A stretch of 13,128 nucleotides of DNA from Candidatus Tremblayella phenacoccinincola (GTDB lineage Bacteria > Pseudomonadota > Gammaproteobacteria > Burkholderiales > Burkholderiaceae): assembly GCF_002682985.1 (NCBI RefSeq), contig NZ_MKGN01000007.1, forward strand, positions 1-13,128, written 5' to 3'. Below the pieces are notes generated by a model. That model worked only from the letters and a program-made list of their open reading frames with translations, searched no databases and was not told the origin of the DNA. Below, piece after piece: positions 1 through 7,825 of the stretch (position 1 is the stretch's first letter; every line of letters starts with the position of its first letter). The position numbers were made by a program, and so were the translations under genes.

Positions 1-193
1 GTGTTCTAGAGAAGGGCTTAGAATAGATAGTCTTTTGGTTAGTTAACTATTGATTCAGGGACATATTCCAATAATACATCACTACGAGCAACCCAAAAGC
101 CATAGAGCCAACAGCAATATATCATATGAATGCTAATATAAAAGAAGAAACAATAGCTGCTTTATCAACAACCCAAAAGGCTAGTGGCATAGG

Positions 194-1516
194 CTGAAGT
201 ACGCATCTATACCTATATTAGGAAGACCAAACGTTGGGAAAACCACCTTGTTCAACCGCATAATATGTCAACATGGGTCAATAGCATACTGTTTACCAGG
301 TCTTACTGCTGATAGTAGATATGGCATTGGAGCTCTACATCGTAAAAGGTTTGGACTGTACTATGTTCTGGATACTAACGGTTGGGATGTCTACAGTGCC
401 CCTACAGATCAACTTAAGAAGGTAGTTAGTCTTTCCAGTACGGTCATTCTTGTTTTAGATGCTAGAGAGGGTTTATCCACAGGAGACCTTAAGATCTTAA
501 ACTACCTTTCGAGGCTCGACAAGTCCGTTTACGTAGCAATAAACAAGGCAGACCCCAACTACGCTTTTATGAAGAAAGAGTTTAACCACATCGTCTGTAG
601 TTCTTTCTTCGTGTCTTCTGCACATAATATTGGAATTAAAAGAATGATGTACTACATCCTAAGGAATCTCAACCAAGCATTGAATGTTAAAAAAGAGCTA
701 GGAACCAGAAATAGTACCAGAGTAGCAATAGTTGGAAAACCAAATGTTGGTAAATCCACGTTAGTAAATACTTTAGTAGGCTATTACCGTTCGGTAGTGT
801 CTATCGTATCAGGCACCACAAAGGACCCAATCGAAGCTTCTCTTATGTTCAAAGACCATCAATACACAATGATTGATACTGGAGGTCTGAAAAGAAAAGG
901 AACCTCTGAATACTCTGTTGCTAGATGCGTAATCTTAAAAACACTGCAAACCATCCTAACTTCCAATATCGTATTATTGCTGGTTGATGCTCAGCTCGGT
1001 ATAGCAAAACATGACCTAACAGTTATTGACTTTGCACTCAGGAACAACAAAGCTCTAGCTGTTGGGTTTAACAAATGTGATACTGTTAAAGCTTTTAACG
1101 TTAAAGCTAAACTACCTGAACTACAAAGACTTAAAGAGCAGTTTCGTGTATGTGTTTTAGCATTCTCAGCTCTTAAACGGATTGGTCTAAACAGCCTTTT
1201 AGCAACACTACACAGACTAAACAACCTCGCTAACACAAAGATACCAACTATAAAGCTAAATAAGTTGATTGGGGATACTGCTCCTGCTCCAACCATTGAG
1301 GCTTCAACACCCACAACAGCCGCAACATCCGCAAAAGACAAGCTTAAGCTAAACTATATACACCAAGGCGGCTGTAGTCCTTTGGTTCTAGTAGCACATG
1401 GTTCAAACATTAATAAGCTAAACAAAGACTCAAAGAGACATATAAAAGAAACCATAACAGAAATGCTAGGTCTCAATAAGCTTCATATTCATATTAACTT
1501 AAGAAATGTACGTTAG
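194..1516 (+). CDS. der: GTPase Der (EngA): two tandem G domains plus a KH-like C-terminal domain
   Basis: The ORF track gives 248..1516 with a TTG start. G domain 2 has GKPNVGKSTLVN, DTGG and NKCD. G domain 1 has INKAD. The first P-loop, ILGRPNVGKTTLFN, is encoded at 215-256 and so lies partly upstream of TTG 248. The frame is open back to TAG 182-184 and contains no ATG, GTG or TTG. I therefore place the start at CTG 194, which is 9 codons before the G of GRPNVGK, the same spacing as in E. coli Der. The start is uncertain and the end is firm. Confidence 0.85.
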   Translation: MKYASIPILGRPNVGKTTLFNRIICQHGSIAYCLPGLTADSRYGIGALHRKRFGLYYVLDTNGWDVYSAPTDQLKKVVSLSSTVILVLDAREGLSTGDLKILNYLSRLDKSVYVAINKADPNYAFMKKEFNHIVCSSFFVSSAHNIGIKRMMYYILRNLNQALNVKKELGTRNSTRVAIVGKPNVGKSTLVNTLVGYYRSVVSIVSGTTKDPIEASLMFKDHQYTMIDTGGLKRKGTSEYSVARCVILKTLQTILTSNIVLLLVDAQLGIAKHDLTVIDFALRNNKALAVGFNKCDTVKAFNVKAKLPELQRLKEQFRVCVLAFSALKRIGLNSLLATLHRLNNLANTKIPTIKLNKLIGDTAPAPTIEASTPTTAATSAKDKLKLNYIHQGGCSPLVLVAHGSNINKLNKDSKRHIKETITEMLGLNKLHIHINLRNVR

Positions 1517-1572
1517 CCGTTAACAACAATACAATACCAAAAAGATGTCCTAAACCCACATAGCTTATGAAG

Positions 1573-1929
1573 TCATACTAAACACTCTTGTACATTTAGA
1601 ATACCTTTAGCAAAAAGCTCCATGTAATAGCTTTGTGTGGTTTTGTTGTAGTTTAAGCTCTCCTTCAGAATAAGCCTATGGTACAATATTAAATCACAGC
1701 ACACCTGTTTGGAATTAGACCCAAGAGTGCAGAAGGTTAGGATGTTGCCAGGTAATCTGTTGCTTCTATGCTTTTTGTTTAAACGCTTCATCTCTCTAGC
1801 ACCTACATATCTTATGGTAATACCCACAGTATGCTGATCAACTAACTGAAGAGACTCTTTTGTTAACCTGACTGTTGGCAGAATACCAACTAAACCAACG
1901 TCTTCTTCAGACCCATACTGCATATACAT
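1573..1929 (-). CDS. ybeY: YbeY-like endoribonuclease homologue, probably degenerate or inactive (His triad missing)
   Basis: 118 aa. Recalled E. coli YbeY blocks match: GITIRYVGAREMKRLNKKHR vs [26 protein letters not shown] vs TNVLSF, and CDLILY vs GDLVIC. The region that should read HGxLHLxGYDH instead reads AKGILNVQECLV followed by a stop. Confidence 0.55.
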   Translation of the reverse strand: MYMQYGSEEDVGLVGILPTVRLTKESLQLVDQHTVGITIRYVGAREMKRLNKKHRSNRLPGNILTFCTLGSNSKQVCCDLILYHRLILKESLNYNKTTQSYYMELFAKGILNVQECLV

Positions 1930-2015
1930 AGGAGGTTCTCCTGTTATTCTGATTCGAGGTAATGCTATAATAGTTTTAATTATGATAAGCTAACCCTAAA
2001 CCAGATAAAGTCCAC

Positions 2016-2477
2016 ATGAAGAGCATATGTTCTAGTTACTCCTATAAAGTAGTAGTTATTATTGCTCGCTTTAATTACTTTATTAGTAAAACCATATTAA
2101 AAAGCGTAGTAAATACTATTAAGTTAATAGCAGCTATATATAATAAGCCTATAGATATTCTTTGGGTTTCCGGTTCTAATGAGATGCAGCTAATAGTAAA
2201 TAGTTTATTATATAATAAGAGACATAATATTATAATTCCAATAGGTACTATCATTCGAGGAGATACTATACATTTTAAAACAGTAGTTAGTAATTGTAAC
2301 TTAAGCTATAACAATATAACAATAAATAATAAGCTATCAATAACTTCAGGAATGCTAATAACAGATAATATTGATCAAGCTATTGAACGAACAGATCCTA
2401 AAGCTGGATATAAAGGAGCTGAGTCTATTGTTACTATATTAGAGTTAGTTAATATTATGACTAGCAGCTATATATAA
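2016..2477 (+). CDS. ribH: 6,7-dimethyl-8-ribityllumazine synthase
   Basis: 153 aa. IARFNYFI, WVSGSNE, GTIIRGDTIHF and QAIERTDPKAGYKGAE align with E. coli RibH (IARFNNFI, WVPGAYE, GTVIRGGTAHF, QAIERAGTKAGNKGAE). The gene is very AT-rich. Confidence 0.9.
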   Translation: MKSICSSYSYKVVVIIARFNYFISKTILKSVVNTIKLIAAIYNKPIDILWVSGSNEMQLIVNSLLYNKRHNIIIPIGTIIRGDTIHFKTVVSNCNLSYNNITINNKLSITSGMLITDNIDQAIERTDPKAGYKGAESIVTILELVNIMTSSYI

Positions 2478-2492
2478 AGACTAATCTAATAG

Positions 2493-3506
2493 CTAATGCA
2501 TAGATAGGTAATATAGGATATCGTAACATAGCTTTTTAATACCAATATGGTTTATAGATGAAGCTATATAGTATTTAGATTTCCATTCTATTCTTCTTAT
2601 AAACCTATCTACAAGTCTTATTAAAAAGGCCTTATCAGTTATTTTATCTACCTTATTAAAAACTAACCAACAATGCTTTTTTGAAGTTAAGCTATTATAT
2701 TGATATAGTTCATTATTGATAGTTTTAATAGCTTTATATATAAGCGACTCATTCATATGTTTTAAGTCAACAATATGTAATAATAGGCTACATCGATCTA
2801 ATTGTTTTAAAAGCCTAATGCCTAAACCAATACCATTAGAAGCGTCTTCAATTAAACCAGGAATATCAGCAATAATAAACCTGTTATTATATAGCTGAAC
2901 AACTCCTAAAACAGGAAAAGCTGTGGTAAAAGAATAACTAGCTACTTTTGATTTAGCTTTCGAAACAGAGTTAATAAAAGTAGACTTACCAGCATTTGGT
3001 AGTCCTAATATGCCTACATCAGCAGTTAACATTAGTTCCATATGAATATCACATGTTTCTCCAGGGATTCCTTTATTCTTTTGCAGCTTATTAGTTGTTT
3101 TAGTCTTTGAGTTGCCTATACCATGAAGACCACCTTTTGCTACTAAAACCTTTTGACCAACAAAAGACATATCAATAATAAGTAGGTTAGTTTTAATATC
3201 AGTAACTCTTGTTCCTAGGGGTGTTTTTATTAGCATATCTTTTCCTTTCTTTCCAGAACAACTATTTCTTTTACCATTAGTTCCGCTTTCAGCAATATAT
3301 ATCCTTTTGAGTTTAAAGCATAATAAGGTATTTATAGCTTTGTCAGAATATAACCAAACATCACCCCCATTTCCACCATCACCACCATCAGGTATTTTAT
3401 AGTGTATAGCATTCTCTTTTCGAAAAGCTACGCTTCCATTACCTCCAGTTCCAGCTTTGATTGAAATAATAGCTTCATCTATAAAGTTGGTATTTATGTT
3501 CATCAT
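2493..3506 (-). CDS. obg: GTPase Obg/CgtA
   Basis: 337 aa. It has the N-terminal glycine-rich Obg fold (FIDEAIISIKAGTGGNGSVAFRKE, DGGDGGNGGDVW). G-domain motifs are GLPNAGKSTFI, DIPGLIE and NKVD. The long acidic C-terminal tail of E. coli ObgE is absent. The gene is AT-rich. Confidence 0.92.
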   Translation of the reverse strand: MMNINTNFIDEAIISIKAGTGGNGSVAFRKENAIHYKIPDGGDGGNGGDVWLYSDKAINTLLCFKLKRIYIAESGTNGKRNSCSGKKGKDMLIKTPLGTRVTDIKTNLLIIDMSFVGQKVLVAKGGLHGIGNSKTKTTNKLQKNKGIPGETCDIHMELMLTADVGILGLPNAGKSTFINSVSKAKSKVASYSFTTAFPVLGVVQLYNNRFIIADIPGLIEDASNGIGLGIRLLKQLDRCSLLLHIVDLKHMNESLIYKAIKTINNELYQYNSLTSKKHCWLVFNKVDKITDKAFLIRLVDRFIRRIEWKSKYYIASSINHIGIKKLCYDILYYLSMH

Positions 3507-3591
3507 ATGTATATGCTGTCAATAACTATTAACTATGTCTAGAACCATACTAACTCTATTTCCTACCAAAAGCATTCTAAGTCTAGCTCCA

Positions 3592-4029
3592 TCAGGGTTT
3601 GGTTTCGAACTCTTCGTTAATACAAAAGGTTACTTTGAAGTTGGTCTTTGAGTTGATTGTGTTCCTGTTGATTGTGGCTCTTTTAACCCTAGCAAACGGA
3701 TAGCTGTACATTGTAACACCATTACCAACTTCTAACCCATATACCGCAGCTAACTGCACAAACCAAATCTTAACATTATGGGTTAACCCTGAAAAGCTAG
3801 AACTAAAAGCTAATGCTTCGTTGCTAATGGTAAGCTTTTGTACCGCTTTCCTACTGAGATTAATAACTAGCTCTTCCAGTCTTACTAGGCGGTCTGGTAA
3901 GTTATTGTTAACACTAGGCATAAATAATATACATGGTGTATATCTATTACTGATGCACCATTGGTATATCGAATACACGACCGTAGCTTCAATATTAAAT
4001 CTGCTGTACATTAGGTTAGCTCTATACAT
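3592..4029 (-). CDS. sspB: Stringent starvation protein B (ClpXP specificity adaptor) homologue
   Basis: 145 aa. VVYSIYQWCISNRYTPCILF aligns with E. coli LLRAFYEWLLDNQLTPHLVV. LVINLSRKAVQKLTISNEALAFSSSFSG..V..AAVYGLEVGNGVTM aligns with IVLNIAPRAVGNLELANDEVRFNARFGG..V..LAIYARENGAGTMF. The stretch upstream of ATG 4029 is purine-rich. An alternative ATG lies at 4011. Confidence 0.7.
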   Translation of the reverse strand: MYRANLMYSRFNIEATVVYSIYQWCISNRYTPCILFMPSVNNNLPDRLVRLEELVINLSRKAVQKLTISNEALAFSSSFSGLTHNVKIWFVQLAAVYGLEVGNGVTMYSYPFARVKRATINRNTINSKTNFKVTFCINEEFETKP

Positions 4030-4052
4030 TGGCTTCTCTCACCCTCTCCGTC

Positions 4053-5720
4053 TTAAACAGTAACTGAACCAAAGCTAGACTGGTTAACTACTTCAGCATA
4101 TCTTTTAAGAATGCCTCTTCTGTTCTCAACTATTGGTAACCTCCATAGCTTTCGTCGTTTCAATAGGACAGGGTTGCTCACATGTAGATGTATAAGAGCT
4201 TCTGATAAGTCAACTGTTATCAAGTCGTTGTTCTTAACCAAAGCAATAGGTCCTCCAACAAAGGCTTCAGGGGCAACATGTCCTACTACTATACCCCAAG
4301 AACCACCAGAAAACCTACCGTCAGTGATCAAACATACTTTATCTCCAAGGCCTTTACCAACTAAAGCAGAAGTAGGAGAGAGCATCTCAGGCATTCCAGG
4401 ACCCCCTTTAGGACCAAGGTACCTTATTATTACAATGTTGCCAGCTGTAACACTATCGTCCAATATTGACTTGGTTGTGCTCTCTTCGTCGTTGAATACT
4501 TTGGCTCTACCAGTAATGGATCTCCGTTTGACACCTAATGTTTTGGCTACTGCTCCAAACACTGCAAGATTACCTTTTAAAACTAGTAGATGTCCTTGTT
4601 GGTGTAATGGCTTGTTGATTGGTAGTATAACATTGTATATACATTGGGTAGCAAGCTTAATCCTATTGAGTTCTTCTCCTAAAGTACGTCCGGTAACGGT
4701 GGCACATGCTTTGTGCAGTAACTCTTGAGATGATAGTCTTTTCAAAACCTGAGGAATACCTCCAACGTTGTGTAGATCAGTAGTTGCATGGGTTCCTGAA
4801 GGCTTTAGGTTGCATGTCACTGGGGTTCTCTTTCTTATTGTTTCTATGTCGTCTAACGTTAATCTAACTCGAACGCTGTTTGCAATGGCAAGGTAGTGTA
4901 GAATAGCATTTGTTGAGCCACCAATGTACAATACAACAGTAATTGCGTTTTCAACTGCCTTTCTTGTAATCAGTATGGTTGGGTTAACACCTAATCTTAA
5001 GAGCTTCATTAAATACTTTGCAGACAGGCGAGAGGAACGGATCTTTTCAGTAGTTGGGTTTGCCATCGTTGAAGAATAAAACAGAGAGATACCTAACGAT
5101 TCGAATGAAGCACTCATAGTGTTTGCAGTATACATGCCTCCACAAGAACCTGTAGTAGGGCAAGAATGCTTCTCTATTTCTGTAAAGTCTTCATGTGTAA
5201 GAGCCTGTGTGTTGAGCTTTCCTACTGCTTCAAACGAAGAAACAATGGTAAGCGCCTTTCCTTTCCAGTAGCCAGGCAAGATAGTACCCCCATAGATATA
5301 TATGCTAGGAACGTTAACTCTTATTAGAGCCATCAAGCCACCAGGCAGATTCTTATCGCAGCCTCCCACCACAATAAGACCATCCATGCTTTGGCCTAGC
5401 GCACACACTTCTATACTATCTGCAATCACTTCCCTAGAGACTAAAGAATATCTCATTCCTGAAGTACCCATAGAAATGCCATCAGAAACAGTTGGAACTC
5501 CAAAAGACTGAGCTATGGTTCCATGTCGGTTAAGAAGGTTACTTACAGTGGTTGTTATCCTTTGTAGACCAGCATTACAAGGGGTAATAGTGGAATATCC
5601 GTTAGCTATACCAACTATTGGTTTCTTAAACTCCTTTAAGCTACATCCTAATGCGTAGAACATAGACCTGTTTGCAGTTCTAACATAACCTTTTGTAACG
5701 CTCTTGGAGTTGTACTTCAT
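4053..5720 (-). CDS. ilvD: Dihydroxy-acid dehydratase (short, ~555-aa subfamily)
   Basis: 555 aa. STITPCNAG, SDGISMGTSGMRYSLVSREVIADSIE, GGCDKNLPG, CPTTGSCGGMYTANTM, GGSTNAILHYLAIA, LGPKGGPGMPEML and ITDGRFSGGSWG are all present. The Fe-S ligand cysteines are retained. Confidence 0.97.
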   Translation of the reverse strand: MKYNSKSVTKGYVRTANRSMFYALGCSLKEFKKPIVGIANGYSTITPCNAGLQRITTTVSNLLNRHGTIAQSFGVPTVSDGISMGTSGMRYSLVSREVIADSIEVCALGQSMDGLIVVGGCDKNLPGGLMALIRVNVPSIYIYGGTILPGYWKGKALTIVSSFEAVGKLNTQALTHEDFTEIEKHSCPTTGSCGGMYTANTMSASFESLGISLFYSSTMANPTTEKIRSSRLSAKYLMKLLRLGVNPTILITRKAVENAITVVLYIGGSTNAILHYLAIANSVRVRLTLDDIETIRKRTPVTCNLKPSGTHATTDLHNVGGIPQVLKRLSSQELLHKACATVTGRTLGEELNRIKLATQCIYNVILPINKPLHQQGHLLVLKGNLAVFGAVAKTLGVKRRSITGRAKVFNDEESTTKSILDDSVTAGNIVIIRYLGPKGGPGMPEMLSPTSALVGKGLGDKVCLITDGRFSGGSWGIVVGHVAPEAFVGGPIALVKNNDLITVDLSEALIHLHVSNPVLLKRRKLWRLPIVENRRGILKRYAEVVNQSSFGSVTV

Positions 5721-5862
5721 TTTAGACCCATTCGACAGCTGCAGGTGTGTTAGTAGCTAAGCCTTGAAGATTGCATCATAACCTGCTGTTCTAAGCTACC
5801 ATCTTCTATATATTGTACTTCTTTTATGGGGGTCTCCTTCTCTGGAACGGTTGATGTCGCTT

Positions 5863-6195
5863 CTACATTACAAAGGAAGAACCGCAATGACAAGTAGAAG
5901 CGGTACTTGGTGTATAGACTATATAATAAGACCCGTCAATACTACTTCTATAGTCAATGACTGCATTGTTAAGATACTGTAAGCTAATGCAGTCTACAAT
6001 GAAGCTAACTGTCCTTTTTACAAATGCTAAGTCATCCCCACATTGCTTCTCGACAAGTGCAAACATGTATTGAAGACCAGCACAGCCTCCCCCAAGAACA
6101 AATACTCTAAGCTTTAAGTTTGGGTTGCTTTTCTCTTGTATGACTTGGCACATATGTTTTGTTGAATTATCTGTGAAGGTTAACATACAGCTCAT
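5863..6195 (-). CDS. erpA: Iron-sulfur cluster insertion protein, A-type carrier (ErpA-like)
   Basis: 110 aa. [20 protein letters not shown] and the C-terminal STCHCGSSF match E. coli ErpA [20 protein letters not shown] and STCGCGSSF. The start ATG overlaps the rpsI stop (TAATG). Confidence 0.8.
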   Translation of the reverse strand: [110 protein letters not shown]

Positions 6196-6593
6196 TATCT
6201 TTTTGAGAACTGCTTTTGTTTCCTAGCCTTATGAAGACCACACTTTTTCCTTTCTACTTCTCTTGGGTCTCTAGTCAGAAATCCTTGTTTGGCAAGTGGT
6301 TGTTTAAATGATGAACTAATCTTAACGAGAGCTCTGGATAAACCAAGCCTGATAGAGGCAATCTGTCCACATTTACCACCACCTTTAACTGTTGCTTTAA
6401 GTAGAAAGGAGCGCTTAGTATCTAGTTGATGTATGAGTTGGTGTAACATATCGATATGTTTATGGTTTGTAAAGTAGGTATTCAGGAGTATTCCATTTAC
6501 CAGCATTACATTCTTAACGCTTTCCCTAATAAAGACTCTTGCGGTAGATCTTTTTCTTCGACCAGTTCCATAATACCAGATGTCCATGCCCAT
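6195..6593 (-). CDS. rpsI: 30S ribosomal protein S9
   Basis: 132 aa. YYGTGRRKRSTARVF, TVKGGGKCGQ and the C-terminal RDPREVERKKCGLHKARKQKQFSKR match bacterial S9. GGAG lies 6 nt upstream of the ATG. Confidence 0.97.
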   Translation of the reverse strand: MGMDIWYYGTGRRKRSTARVFIRESVKNVMLVNGILLNTYFTNHKHIDMLHQLIHQLDTKRSFLLKATVKGGGKCGQIASIRLGLSRALVKISSSFKQPLAKQGFLTRDPREVERKKCGLHKARKQKQFSKR

Positions 6594-6599
6594 TTAGTT

Positions 6600-6603
6600 C
6601 TCC
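6600..6603 (-). promoter_or_regulatory. Shine-Dalgarno sequence for rpsI
   Basis: The minus strand reads GGAG, then aactaa, then the ATG at 6593. Confidence 0.55.
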
Positions 6604-6751
6604 AGATGAGGGTGTCTGTTTGAGACAGGGTTTTTAACACTTCTTGTTTTGTTAGTCTTAAAGCTGTTAGAGAAAGATGGTTCTTGACTTGACTGATGGA
6701 TGTTGGGGTTAAAAGCAGTTATTCAAGGAGTACTATATATTCTAGAAGTCC

Positions 6752-7714
6752 CTAACATTCGACACAGACTCGCTTTTCGATGTATTGTGTTAGCTCCTGT
6801 GTAGCCTTTCTGAACGTATAGACCCCGTTTATTAGGTTTTTGTATGCGTTGACATTTTGTTTTAATGCTCTATAAAAGAACTCTTGACTCCAGATTGGTT
6901 TCAGGTCTATGGGTTGTTTGCGTATATGACTAACACTTAAAACAGATGTTGGTAGTAAACGATGTGTATTCTTGAGATCCAAGAAGATATCAGGACTTAG
7001 AGTTACATAGTCACACCCAGTTACAGATAGAGCTTGTTCAATAGACCTAAAGCTTGCTGCCATTAGTTTAGTGTTGTAGTTGTTATGTTTGAAATATTGA
7101 TACACTTGTTCAAGAAACTGAACACCTACATCTAAAGACTCATTCTGTTTTTTGCAGTTAGAGGTTAAGCTTGTGTACATATCAGAAACACGACCTACAA
7201 ATGGAGAAATGAGATATGCTTTTGATTCACCACACAAAACTGCTTGAGCTAAAGAAAATACCAACGTCATATTGCATCTTACGTTCTTTTTCCTAGCTAA
7301 CCTTAATACTTGAATTCCTTCCCAAGTAGCAGGCACCTTAATCAGAACTCTGTCCTGTATATTAAACGAATTGCACAACATTAAGACTTCAGCTATTTGT
7401 TCCATAGATTCTTCAACATTAAAAGCATAGTCAGCGTTCAATTCAATTGAAACTGTTCCAGGTATATATTTTAGGATTTCATTGCCAAGATGTACTAAGA
7501 TCTGGTTTATTATTTCAGAAGTAGTGTAAGCTTTGTATGTTGAAATTACCCCATCTATAAACGCTAAGCACTCTTTGTCTTTTGTTGCTTTTAGAATCAA
7601 CGAAGGGTTCGTAGTAACATCGTTCGGATGGAGCTTTGCTACTTCTAGAAAGTTTCCACTGTCCAAAGCAACTGTTGTGTATTTTTTTAGATACTCTAAA
7701 GCATTCATGTTCAT
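6752..7714 (-). CDS. tal: Transaldolase (TalB type)
   Basis: 320 aa. YTTVALDSGN, DVTTNPSLILKA, VLIKVPATWEGIQ (Schiff-base Lys context), CNMTLVFSLAQA, LISPFVGRV and ASFRSIEQ align with E. coli TalB. Confidence 0.93.
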   Translation of the reverse strand: MNMNALEYLKKYTTVALDSGNFLEVAKLHPNDVTTNPSLILKATKDKECLAFIDGVISTYKAYTTSEIINQILVHLGNEILKYIPGTVSIELNADYAFNVEESMEQIAEVLMLCNSFNIQDRVLIKVPATWEGIQVLRLARKKNVRCNMTLVFSLAQAVLCGESKAYLISPFVGRVSDMYTSLTSNCKKQNESLDVGVQFLEQVYQYFKHNNYNTKLMAASFRSIEQALSVTGCDYVTLSPDIFLDLKNTHRLLPTSVLSVSHIRKQPIDLKPIWSQEFFYRALKQNVNAYKNLINGVYTFRKATQELTQYIEKRVCVEC

Positions 7715-7721
7715 TCTTTTG

Positions 7722-7726
7722 TCCTT
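7722..7726 (-). promoter_or_regulatory. Shine-Dalgarno-like sequence for tal
   Basis: The minus strand reads AAGGA, then 7 nt, then the ATG at 7714. Confidence 0.45.
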
Positions 7727-7825
7727 AGCTCTATGTTAACTGCTCTTTCGGGTTTAACTGACGGTGTAATCTTAATACTTCTGGACTATGTAGAGCTGCT
7801 AAACAGACGAATATAGAACACCTAG

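Noticed and set aside
89-179. The 11-mer caacccaaaag occurs at 89-99 and 169-179, and a third time at 12713-12723.
   Set aside because: Roughly ten exact 12-mer coincidences are expected by chance in a 13-kb window counted on both strands. The flanks do not extend the match convincingly.
126-197. A mini-ORF, MNANIKEETIAALSTTQKASGIG followed by a stop. Its TIAALST....GIG pattern resembles the MnmE/TrmE N-terminus (DTIAAIAT..GRGGIG). It could be a gene remnant upstream of der.
   Set aside because: It is only 23 codons with about 6 matching positions, and the sequence after the TGA does not continue as MnmE in any frame. It cannot be distinguished from chance without a profile search.
991-1341. 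A 116-aa minus-strand ORF.
   Set aside because: It is antisense to der, has no recognisable domain, and overlaps the Ala/Thr/Pro-rich segment, which removes stop codons on the opposite strand.
4111-4728. A 205-aa plus-strand ORF, the longest unexplained ORF in the track.
   Set aside because: It lies entirely antisense to the well-conserved ilvD. The product is Pro/Ser/Thr/Leu-rich and low in complexity, with no recognisable motifs. This is a typical shadow ORF of a moderately GC-rich gene.
6613-6635. A hairpin, tgtct-gtttg-agaca, followed by ggg and ttttt, which looks like a plus-strand terminator.
   Set aside because: The stem is only 5 bp. No plus-strand gene ends nearby. On the relevant minus strand the element lies in the rpsI 5' leader without a U-tract.
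7727-7797. An inverted repeat, agctcta ... tagagct (7 bp, extendable with wobble pairs), between frr and tal.
   Set aside because: The arms are separated by about 57 nt, there is no U-tract, and a 7-bp match at that distance is expected by chance in AT-biased DNA.
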